Positions 20,715 to 29,342 of a stretch of 64,000 nucleotides of DNA are shown one piece after another. The stretch is from Nannocystales bacterium (GTDB lineage Bacteria > Myxococcota_A > Polyangia > Nannocystales > Nannocystaceae). The position numbers were made by a program, and so were the translations under genes. Numbering within the stretch: position 1 is the stretch's first letter; each line of letters opens with the position of its first letter. Below the pieces are notes generated by a model. It made no database searches, was not told the DNA's origin, and was given only the letters and a program-made list of their open reading frames with translations. The stretch lies in contig JBOEGF010000040.1 of assembly GCA_050633305.1 (NCBI GenBank), positions 28,540 through 92,539 of the forward strand. The letters run 5' to 3'.

Positions 20715-21389
20715 TCAGCGGTAGGGGGCCGCACCGGACGGGAGCGGCTCTCGGATGACGCGGACCAGATTGACAACCTTGGCGCCGGACAGAGCCACTT
20801 GGGCTACGAGCTTCTCGGCAACCGTGTGTAGGACCAGACGCGCACTCAGCAACAGAATGCCCACCAAGATGCCGAAGCCGGTACTGTGCACGGCGACTGA
20901 GATGTGCATGGCCAGGGCGCCCGCACGCTGGGCGGCGGAGACTGTCGCCAGGCAGCCGAATCCGGAGATCATTCCAAAGGTGGTGCCGAGCAGCCCGACG
21001 AGCATCGCAAGGCTGGCCAAGGTCGCTAGGCTTGGCAGGAACCGGCGAAGGCTCGGCACGATCAGCATCTGTTCCTCCTCGACCGCCGACTGGGCACGCA
21101 CCGGGTCGACCCCCGCCATCAACCCAGCTCGAACCACTCGTTCGATGTAGCAGTGCCCCGCGCAAAGCCGCAGCGCGGCCGCGGTGTCCCCGGCGAGAAT
21201 GCACCCCTGCACCAGCGCCATCAGTTTGGGGACGTTGGTGTTCAGCCCGAGGCGGAGCCACCAGCATCGCTCGAGCACCACCGCGAACCCGACCACCGCG
21301 ATCAGTAAGATGGCGTGCATGACGGCTCCACCCTGCTGGTAGAACTCCGCCCACGTTTGCGAGTCGACCGGCACGAAGGGGTTGGACAC
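20715..21389 (-). CDS. MotA/TolQ/ExbB proton-channel family protein (orphan)
   Basis: QGGAVMHAILL...VVLER, LATLASLAMLVGLLGTTFGMISGF, ISVAVHSTGFGI. Start uncertain. Confidence 0.9.
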   Translation of the reverse strand: MSNPFVPVDSQTWAEFYQQGGAVMHAILLIAVVGFAVVLERCWWLRLGLNTNVPKLMALVQGCILAGDTAAALRLCAGHCYIERVVRAGLMAGVDPVRAQSAVEEEQMLIVPSLRRFLPSLATLASLAMLVGLLGTTFGMISGFGCLATVSAAQRAGALAMHISVAVHSTGFGILVGILLLSARLVLHTVAEKLVAQVALSGAKVVNLVRVIREPLPSGAAPYR

Positions 21390-21516
21390 GACGAAAGGAG
21401 GCTCGGTTTTACCGAGCTGTTCGGCAACGCTTTCGCGTCGACACCTCCGCATGCGCCCGCTGTGCATGGGCCCAGAGGTGTCACTCGGACCGGGACAACC
21501 CCTGAGGACATTGCCG

Positions 21517-21577
21517 CCGAGCCTCGCGGACAGCGACCCTTGTTCTCGCTCCCCTGATGAGCGTCCCGGCCAACGAA
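21517..21577 (+). repeat. 61-bp direct repeat, copy 2
   Basis: Matches 20567-20627 with a handful of substitutions. Confidence 0.9.
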
Positions 21578-21818
21578 GACCGTGCTGGCGCTTGCAGCGG
21601 CGCGCTGGCCTGGTGCGTCCGCGCCTCGCTTCTGAGACCCTTCGTCACTCTGGTGCGCGAATACACGGCCCCGGCTCGACACAACGCGCACTCTCGGCGG
21701 GAGGCCCCCTTCCGCTCTCCGAGCCTATCTCTGAGCTCCCACTTCATTTCGATAAACCGCAAACCTCTCCCGGTCTTTTTCTTGTCATTGGGCCGAGGTG
21801 AGGCGCGAAGGAGAGCGC

Positions 21819-22394
21819 ATGAACCTCACCGCTCGTTTTCTGCGACGCACCGCCCCCATCGCTCTCGCCACCGCCGCGCTCCTCACCGCAGGAACGGCCG
21901 CCGCAGCGTCGTACTTCTATCCCTTCACCAGTCTCACCGCCGGCACCCAGTACGTCGTGGGAGATTCGCTGACTCCTGCCGGTTCCACCGTCGAGTTCAA
22001 GCAGTTCCAATGGTGGAATGGCACGTGGACTGCCACCGGTTTCGCTGAAGTGGACCTTAGCGCACGCGCAGGTGGGTTCGCCCACGAACTCGAGCTCAAC
22101 AACATCAACGTCCGCGTCACCCCCGACACCCCCGCAGTCTTCGCGTCGTACCGCTACGCCTACCTGGGCGGCAACGTGAACATCGGGGTCAATGGCGACC
22201 TGCGCAATGTCAGCCGCCCCATCTTCGTCAACGGTGACGTCGTCGGCGGTTGCGACGTCACCGTCACCGAGAACGCGATCCCCGGGGGCTTCAACGGGTC
22301 GGTTGAGATCGACTGCCCCGCCGGCACCGAGATCGACATGTTCGGCGTAGGCGGCCAAGAATTCTGGATCGACAACGTCTTCTTCGAAGACTAG
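21819..22394 (+). CDS. Secreted beta-rich hypothetical protein
   Basis: AAGGAG ribosome-binding site, signal peptide ending TAAA, C-terminus GGQEFWIDNVFFED. Confidence 0.85.
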   Translation: MNLTARFLRRTAPIALATAALLTAGTAAAASYFYPFTSLTAGTQYVVGDSLTPAGSTVEFKQFQWWNGTWTATGFAEVDLSARAGGFAHELELNNINVRVTPDTPAVFASYRYAYLGGNVNIGVNGDLRNVSRPIFVNGDVVGGCDVTVTENAIPGGFNGSVEIDCPAGTEIDMFGVGGQEFWIDNVFFED

Positions 22395-22650
22395 CTAACA
22401 GTCGTCCGACCCCAACCTGGGGGCACCTCCGGAGCTCCGGGCCCCAACGGTTCAATGCTTCTCCCCGTTCGTCGAAGAGACCCATCTCGTCCCCCGCCTT
22501 CGGGGCTGGAGCCCGACCCTGTCCCAGGCCCGGGAACAACGAGGTTGACAGGCGGTCGTTCAATATCAGCTCGAGTCCAGGGCCAGCAATCCTTCGCATA
22601 TCAACGCCGTTCCCGACGACGCCCCTGCGTCGCTTCTCGGCCGCCTATGC

Positions 22651-24105
22651 CTAGGCAGGCTTCCAGCCCTTCTTGATCTCGCTGGCAAGGAGTTCCTCGG
22701 CGAGTGCGGTTGCGGTGACCTCATCGGGTGCCAGCCGGACCGTTCGCTTGAGCGGGTCCTTGCGACCGGGGCTGTAGTCGGTGAAGTGCACGACGTACGC
22801 GGGAAAGAGGGGGTCGACGCTGTCCTTGTTGGTCTTCCAAACCAACAGCTTGCGAACGGCGGTCTTGCCCTTGGTCACCTTCGTGAACGCTTCTCTGCGC
22901 ACGACTTCGCTCTTGGGCAACTCGGCCGGAGGCGCGGAGGTATCCGCTTCGGTGACAAGGACGCGTTCGAAGACCTGTCGAACGGGTACATCGCCCACGA
23001 CAGCTTCTTTGTCGTCGCGGACGCGTACCAGGCGAGGGTGCAGGATGCTGACTCCGGGCATTCGCCGCCTCGCCTGCCACGCGTCGTCGTCATGGACGAG
23101 GACCATGCGCTGCACGGGGTCTCCGGCGGACGTGTCGCCTTGAACATCGCTGATTCGGATCTCTACGACGACACTGGGACGCACGGTCTGAAACAAGGCG
23201 CCTCTCGTGTTCGCCTCGCTGTAGTTTGAGGTACAGCTCAGCGGCCGCACGGCCTCGCCAAGCGTACGCCTGTGATCCTCACTTCCGAGGTTTCCACAGT
23301 GTCCGATGACTTGATACGTGCCGTCGGGTCGAATGAGGGCCAACAACAGGGAGCTGAGCTGGGTCGGGTCTTCGGTACGCTCGGTGTAGCCGATGACGAC
23401 CGCGTCGATGGTGACGCTCGGCTTGACCTTGTAGGTGTGCTGCGACGGGGTGCGCACGACGAGGCCCTCCGCCTTGCCCCCTGCTGCCCAGGTTTCGAAC
23501 AGCTCGGAGACCTCGGCTTTGGTGTCACAGCCCTCGCTCTTGACCGCGCGCAGTCGCTTTCCGCCGCCGAGCAGACGCTGAACGACGTCGAAGCGCTCCT
23601 TGTAGCTTGTCAACGGCATCATGGCGTCGCTGTCTCCGCCCCAGACGAGGTCGAAGGCCATGAACGCTACGCGCTCGACCTGCGCCTTGGCCTCCCCCGA
23701 AAGGGCGCTCGCGAGGTCGCCGTGCCGAGAGCGGCCTTCTTTCCGAGCGGCGAACAGCTCGCCTGCGATCACGGTTGTGCCGCGGGTTTGCGGAAGGGCT
23801 TTCCGCGCCTCCTCGAGGACCGGGATGTTTCCGCTGAGAACTCGGCCTGCGGGGTTGGCGAGAAACACGTCTCCATCCTCGAACACCATGCACCACTGCT
23901 CACCATCGACTTTCGGAGAGACAAGGTACGGACCCGGAGGCAGGCGTCCTTCGAGCTCGTCGGGAACCAGGGCGGTGTAGCGGCTCGCGATGCCTCGTTT
24001 GTAGCGACGGATGGCGCTGGCAAGTTCGGGGTGGGTGACGGAGCCGGCGGGGCTGTGTTGGCCTTTGCCGCACGGCCGTGCGCTTTCGGTGTTGAAGCTG
24101 GGCAT
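22651..24105 (-). CDS. ATP-dependent DNA ligase (adenylation plus OB domain) with WGR-like C-terminal domain
   Basis: Motif I SPKVDG, III AGELF, IIIa FMAFDLV, IV EGLVVR, V YKVKP, OB region IDAVVIGY / VRPSVVVEI, VI HPRLVRVRDDK; tail ATALAEELLASEIKKGW. Confidence 0.9.
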   Translation of the reverse strand: MPSFNTESARPCGKGQHSPAGSVTHPELASAIRRYKRGIASRYTALVPDELEGRLPPGPYLVSPKVDGEQWCMVFEDGDVFLANPAGRVLSGNIPVLEEARKALPQTRGTTVIAGELFAARKEGRSRHGDLASALSGEAKAQVERVAFMAFDLVWGGDSDAMMPLTSYKERFDVVQRLLGGGKRLRAVKSEGCDTKAEVSELFETWAAGGKAEGLVVRTPSQHTYKVKPSVTIDAVVIGYTERTEDPTQLSSLLLALIRPDGTYQVIGHCGNLGSEDHRRTLGEAVRPLSCTSNYSEANTRGALFQTVRPSVVVEIRISDVQGDTSAGDPVQRMVLVHDDDAWQARRRMPGVSILHPRLVRVRDDKEAVVGDVPVRQVFERVLVTEADTSAPPAELPKSEVVRREAFTKVTKGKTAVRKLLVWKTNKDSVDPLFPAYVVHFTDYSPGRKDPLKRTVRLAPDEVTATALAEELLASEIKKGWKPA

Positions 24106-24109
24106 GGCG

Positions 24110-24826
24110 CTACTGTGCTTGGTCGGCCTTGGCGGGAGCGGGGCGCTTGAGTTCGAGGTGGCTGAGGTGGAGCAACAAGGCGAACTTGTCTCCGTCGACG
24201 CGGCCCTCGAGAAAGGCTCGATACGGGGAACCGTTCTCCTGGAGCACCAACGGCTCCTTGCCGGTGCTGCCGCCTCCGAGCAGGACGACTTCGTCGGACT
24301 TCGCGAGCTCTTTCGCCATCGCGGCCAAAAAGTCGAAGCTAAGACCGTCGACGTGGGCGAGGGCGATGGTGCGGGTGAACGCGAACTTCCGGACCGCGTC
24401 TCGCTTCTTCATTGTCTTGCCTGTCCAGCGGACGGGCAGCTCGGCATTGACGTTGGCGTGCTGGTCCTGTGGAGCCCGGCGCTCGCGTTCGCTGCCGTCG
24501 GGGTTGAGGATGACCTCGACGGTATTTGGGATGGCATGCATGACGTCACCCTTGGCGGTCAAAAACACCCGGGCTGAGGGGACGAACTGTCGGCCGACAA
24601 TCTCGAGGTCAACCTCGGGATCCCCGGCGACAAGCTGGTCGCCATAGTCCGCGCCTAGGGTCGCCTCGAGCTGCCCGTGCATGGTGGCAGGGGTCGCGGC
24701 CAGGTAGCGTCGAAACTCGATCTCTTGACCCGGCAAGCCTGGCTTGGGACCTGCGGGTGCTTTGGCGGAGGCGAAGGTGACGGTGGCATCTCGGCCGCCG
24801 GCGTTGGCGATATGGATCTGTCGCAT
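24110..24826 (-). CDS. Conserved-looking hypothetical protein, possibly a diverged Ku-like fold
   Basis: ATG at 24826 with GAGGA RBS; 238 aa; C-terminal half follows the Ku core pattern. CDS is confident, the Ku call is tentative. Confidence 0.75.
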   Translation of the reverse strand: MRQIHIANAGGRDATVTFASAKAPAGPKPGLPGQEIEFRRYLAATPATMHGQLEATLGADYGDQLVAGDPEVDLEIVGRQFVPSARVFLTAKGDVMHAIPNTVEVILNPDGSERERRAPQDQHANVNAELPVRWTGKTMKKRDAVRKFAFTRTIALAHVDGLSFDFLAAMAKELAKSDEVVLLGGGSTGKEPLVLQENGSPYRAFLEGRVDGDKFALLLHLSHLELKRPAPAKADQAQ

Positions 24827-24839
24827 GGTCTGACGTCCT

Positions 24840-25442
24840 CTAGAACATCTCGAAGTCGAGTTCGTCGCTGTCGTCCTCGTCATCCTCGTCGACGGGGAGG
24901 ACGGGCTGTTCGAGGGTGCACCACGGGGTCTCGAACGCGTCACCCAGCAGCGCAAAGGTGCCGTGTTCGTTGGCCACCAGGAACGCGGTCTCGACGTGAT
25001 AGTCGGCTCTCATGTTGAAGGGAAACCGGAAGATGCTCCCCTCATCCAGCCGGGCTTGTAGCGCGTCGTCGACTTCGTCTGCATCGAGCATGTAGACCGT
25101 CGTGACCGCCGCGTTCAGGAGAGCGTCCGGTTCGACCTCGATCAGCGCCTGTGCGGCACCGAGGGTCGAAGGGTGCTTCTCGACCGGTTGCCCCTCGGTG
25201 TCCAGGCCTACGAGCTCGCTGCCCTGCACCCATCGACCCGTCCGGTCGAAGTAGCCCTGGCTGGTCATCCCGGACGTCACCAGCATCGAGCCGTCGTCCG
25301 TCAGGGTCGCTCGCTTGCACGGGTCGCCGTCCGAGTCGAGGGGGATTCTCTTTCGGGTCGCGTACAGCTTCTTGCGGTCGAGGCGGGAAAACCCGAAGCT
25401 GGATTCGTTTCCATCGAGGGTGACGACGATCGTCCTGGCCAT
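24840..25442 (-). CDS. Conserved-looking hypothetical protein, possibly a diverged Ku-like fold, with acidic tail
   Basis: 200 aa; SFGFSRLDRKKLY...KRIPLDSDGDPC...QGYFDRTGRWV; tail DEDDEDDSDELDFEMF. Ku call tentative. Confidence 0.75.
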   Translation of the reverse strand: MARTIVVTLDGNESSFGFSRLDRKKLYATRKRIPLDSDGDPCKRATLTDDGSMLVTSGMTSQGYFDRTGRWVQGSELVGLDTEGQPVEKHPSTLGAAQALIEVEPDALLNAAVTTVYMLDADEVDDALQARLDEGSIFRFPFNMRADYHVETAFLVANEHGTFALLGDAFETPWCTLEQPVLPVDEDDEDDSDELDFEMF

Positions 25443-25731
25443 CTACGGCGAGTCTATCAGCCGTGGGTCGACACGCGATCCTCGCGCCCGCCGACAACCC
25501 GGCCGGGCCGGAGGCGTCGAGTTGCCCGATGCCGGAGCTGGCGGGGAACAGCAGCAGCTCTCCCAGCGCGGTCAACTCTCCCAGCCATCCTCCGCCAGGA
25601 CCCACCACGTATGGACTCGAGAACGAACTCCACCCCCAGAGTGCGCCTCAGGTCAACGACTGGCGGTGTAGAAGCGAGGAGCCGGTCCTCTTCACGGCTG
25701 TTCGCCGCGCCGGTTTCTTCACCGTGGGTCT

Positions 25732-26325
25732 CTAAGCAACCGGTTTGAGGCGACCGTCGGGTAGGATGAGGGCCGCGGTCTCTTGGCGACAATGGTTCGA
25801 CACGATGAGACCAGAGAGCGTAAGCGTTGCTCCGGTGACGGGCGTGGTCACGGGGTTGGTGGCGTAGCGAACGACCTCGCCGGTTTGGGGCTCGAGCTGA
25901 TACCAACGTGTACGGTCCCGCCCGATGACCCAAGCATGTCCTTCGACCCCTCCCTCCACAGACAGCTCGCCGATCCCGACCGCCGCGGTGTGCCCCATGG
26001 CGATGAGTAGAGAGACCGTCGCGATTGAAAAGTCCTCACAATCACCACGACCACGCCGTATCGAGGTCCGTGGCGACAGTGCCTCCTCGACAGGGACCCG
26101 GCGTGAGATCTTTCGGCGACCACCCGCCGATCGACGCGAGACCCGTTTCGTATCCCGCTTGTAGTTGAGCAGGCCTTGGATGACCGTTGAAGCGGCAACC
26201 GACGCGGGGCAGGTCCCCGACCTCAGCGCGCGGGCCTGCGGGACGAGATGCTTGACCTCGTCGGGGCGAATCAGTAGAGACCAAGCCTGATAGCTATCTA
26301 TTCCTGATCCTCGAACCGAACCCAC
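25732..26325 (-). CDS. Transglutaminase-like (Cys-His-acid) protein; 5' end uncertain or frameshifted
   Basis: GRGDCEDFSIATVSLL, GHAWV, WYQLEP. Confidence 0.75.
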   Translation of the reverse strand: MGSVRGSGIDSYQAWSLLIRPDEVKHLVPQARALRSGTCPASVAASTVIQGLLNYKRDTKRVSRRSAGGRRKISRRVPVEEALSPRTSIRRGRGDCEDFSIATVSLLIAMGHTAAVGIGELSVEGGVEGHAWVIGRDRTRWYQLEPQTGEVVRYATNPVTTPVTGATLTLSGLIVSNHCRQETAALILPDGRLKPVA

Positions 26326-26547
26326 CGCGTAGTCTTACTATTGAATCGCTGGCGCCAGGCGCGCATTCCGTAGGGGCATGCAGTTGATTCCGAGCATCCA
26401 CCCGGTGCGTTCCCCGAAACGGCCCGGTCCCCGACCCAGTTTGCGCAATGCTTGCCCAACATGGGCACACCGTTGCCCATGTTGAACCCGAGCCGGCAGG
26501 TGCGTGCGTCCGGGCGTGTTGGCCGTTCACGAAAGAGCAAAAGGTGT

Positions 26548-27111
26548 CTAGGGTTCTACGTCGATTTCAAGCGCGTCCGAGCGATCGTGAAATTCGGGGT
26601 GGAGTCGCGCGAGGGTCTCTCTCGAGGTTGGCACTTGCTGTGCTGTACAGTGAGGGTTCCAGAAGGCGCTCGGTCCAGTTTGAATGATGAAGTGGCCCGA
26701 GACACCGGCGCTAAACTCTCGAAGGAGAAATCGCTCTCTGCGGAGCCAGTAGGTGGGGTCGCCTGGGGCGACGTATGGTCTATTCCGGTCTCCCCCGGCA
26801 ATCGCGTTGGAGAGGCCGCCCCAGTGAGACCTCCTGTTGATCACCCTGACTTGTCGTACTGCGAATGCTTCGCGGCGCTGCTGGGTTCCCCTGAACCAAC
26901 CGAAAATCTTCGCCGACAGGCTGCCGAGGTTATGGACACCGTTGATGGTGAGACCGATGTATTGCCGTTCGTGCATCGGCTGCCGTCCTCGGAGTGCCCG
27001 ACTCAGGGGGATTGCGTAGTTGAAGATCGATGCGACGCAGCAAGAGCCGCAGTTCGGCTTCGTTCCTTGCTGGACCCACGCGGTTTTGAGGTCGTCTTGG
27101 TTGATTGCCAT
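26548..27111 (-). CDS. Putative papain-fold (C39-like) cysteine peptidase
   Basis: MAINQ...VQQGTKPNCGSCCVA (Q..C), GHFII, FWNP. Confidence 0.6.
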   Translation of the reverse strand: MAINQDDLKTAWVQQGTKPNCGSCCVASIFNYAIPLSRALRGRQPMHERQYIGLTINGVHNLGSLSAKIFGWFRGTQQRREAFAVRQVRVINRRSHWGGLSNAIAGGDRNRPYVAPGDPTYWLRRERFLLREFSAGVSGHFIIQTGPSAFWNPHCTAQQVPTSRETLARLHPEFHDRSDALEIDVEP

Positions 27112-27467
27112 GGTACGAACCAGTGAGGGCAGGCTCGTCCTCCCCGACGATGTTCGACGGGTAGTGACCATCCGAGGCGATCGGATTGCGGCGAACCGAA
27201 GAAAACCAGTCTTCCGCCAACTTCCCGAAATGCGGTGGTCCCGGCACGCGGGTACGACGAGCTCGAGACGGTCGACTTGCCATAGGGCCGACCTGTTCCC
27301 CGTCCGGGGGGTCGTGAGTCCCTGGGACACCCGGCCGCGCCCGCTACATCCAGACGCCGTTCGAGCCGTCGCCACCGTCTCGGCTGGAGTGTTCACGGGG
27401 TGGGCGATGAAGGGATTCCCAGCTCGACGCGGGAACCAAACCGGCGGCATCGGCAGCATGACCACCG

Positions 27468-28565
27468 ATGCTCTTGCCTCTCTTCCGACGTTCAATCTGC
27501 GGGTTTGCCGCTCTGACGGTGTCTCTTTGCGCTGCCTGTGACGACACAAGCCGCCCTGAAACGCCGCCGGGGCTGGAAGAGCCCGTGGCGACGAGCCCGG
27601 CGATCCATTCGCAATGGACCGGCGAGGGGTCAGCGTGGGACGGGTCCAACCACCCCGATGGCGAAGGCTACCGCCTGCACTACGTCACTGGTGGGTGGGT
27701 GATCGAAGCGGACCTGGACGTCGTTTCTCTCGTCGTTCCCGACCCCCTCTCCCAGTGCGGAAGTCGAACGGCCGAGTGGGCGGAGCATGAGGAGCAAGCC
27801 AGCGCCGGCGTCTTCGCTGCGATCAACGCGAACTTCTTCGAGTGCGATCTTTCCGGGGACGAGTTCAGCGGACGCAGTTGCCCGACGAAGGGAGAACGCT
27901 TTTCCGAGTCCGGCGCCCTGGCTGTAGAGCAGTTCCCGATTGGGGTGCACTGCGGCGATGGGAACTGTTTCGACAACTCGAAGCATTCGTCGGCGAAGTA
28001 CATGAGTCATCTCGTCGTCGCTCGAGATGGAGGCGTCGACCTGGTCGTGTACGAGGGGGCGGGCGCTCCGGCAGAGCCGCCGTTCTACACACCAGCCGGG
28101 CACACGAGCCCGGGCGCTGTTGCGGATGCAAACATCGCGATGGCGGTCAGCGGGGCACCGACGCTCATCCGCTCGGGTGAGATCAACGACTCCGCGACCG
28201 GGTGGAGTTCGCTCCACTACTACGAAGGGCTCGCCGACTCAGGCACGATCCCATTCGTCGGTGTGAGCTACGACCGCAAGACCCTCTACCTCGGGCTCGT
28301 CCGTGGCGGAGCACGTCTCGCCGCGCAGGAGCTCTTGCGCGTGTTCCCGGGCCAGGTCGAGCACGCCATGTCGTTTGACGCCGGTGGTTCGCCATCCTTT
28401 TGGTTTAAGGGGGCAAGCGGGGCGGACGCATATCGGAAGGTGCCGACCAAGCTCGGCCTGGCTTCGTCCGCGAACCGTCGCCCCGGGCGAGGACGCTCGC
28501 GCTGCCTCGACACCGAGGCACCACCACCCAGCCCTACGGACCCCGACGCTCCGCAGCCCGAGTAA
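27468..28565 (+). CDS. Phosphodiester glycosidase (NAGPA/DUF2233) family lipoprotein
   Basis: LCAAC lipobox-like; AAINANFF, VSGAPTLI, VGVSYD, AMSFDAGGS. Confidence 0.8.
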   Translation: MLLPLFRRSICGFAALTVSLCAACDDTSRPETPPGLEEPVATSPAIHSQWTGEGSAWDGSNHPDGEGYRLHYVTGGWVIEADLDVVSLVVPDPLSQCGSRTAEWAEHEEQASAGVFAAINANFFECDLSGDEFSGRSCPTKGERFSESGALAVEQFPIGVHCGDGNCFDNSKHSSAKYMSHLVVARDGGVDLVVYEGAGAPAEPPFYTPAGHTSPGAVADANIAMAVSGAPTLIRSGEINDSATGWSSLHYYEGLADSGTIPFVGVSYDRKTLYLGLVRGGARLAAQELLRVFPGQVEHAMSFDAGGSPSFWFKGASGADAYRKVPTKLGLASSANRRPGRGRSRCLDTEAPPPSPTDPDAPQPE

Positions 28566-28952
28566 GGGCAAACCGCCAACGGCTTGGACCCACGCCGTTC
28601 AAGCTCGTTCATGGAGGCACTACGCATCGGCGTGGCCGTGGTCTGGTCGGGCGCGGCCAGGACGGACGTGGCAGCGTGTGGGGTACGGCCGTCGAGCTGA
28701 GTGCCCCCGCCGAGGGAGGCGGGATCCGCGGTGGCGATCGGACCCGACGGCACGCTGGTCGCCGGGTGAGGCGTCGGCCCCTTCGGAGTCCCAGGCCCTC
28801 TCGGTCGTGGTCTTGCCCCGATCGCACAACGAGCATCGTCGCATTCCGCCCCGACACGGTGGGTGGGCCGGCCGGCCCACGCCGGCGTCACGGCGATTTC
28901 AATCGTCGTCCATGGACCTCTGTCCTCATTGTTCTGCTCCTACGATAGGTCG

Positions 28953-29340
28953 CATGGCCAGCATTCTTCGGATTCGGGGCGACCAGCTCGACGCGTTCTC
29001 CGCCGCCCACCGTAACGCTGATCGAGAACAGGCAGAACACGAGTCTCTCGCGCTGATTCGACAACACTGGTCGGCGCGCGTCGTGGGCAAGACGGACGAG
29101 GAGGTCCACACTCTCGTCCGCCAGCTTCTTGGTCGCGCCGAGGGGTTCGGCCTCACCAGCGTCGAACACGGCGTACGTTTCGTGAACGCCTCGATGGCGC
29201 TCGGTCCGGGTTTTGAAGACGACCCCCAAACCCCGTGGGCCCGTCCGCTGCTGACCTCGTCGCGCACGGCCGCAATGAAGTCGGCACGCCTCTCCGAGGA
29301 GACGCGTCGAGAGCTGGGTCTCCGGGCAGGGGAGCGCTGA
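28953..29340 (+). CDS. Small protein resembling those found beside DUF4123/T6SS effector adaptors
   Basis: LRIRGDQLDAF...RAEGFGLTS...RFVNASMALGPGFEDDPQTPWA. ATG at about 28953; family link recalled, not searched. Confidence 0.65.
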
Positions 29341-29342
29341 TC

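Noticed and set aside
22430..22470. Possible IS91 oriIS-like end (CGGTTCAATGCTTCTCCCC|GTTC)
   Set aside because: Only loose resemblance, and no transposase nearby.
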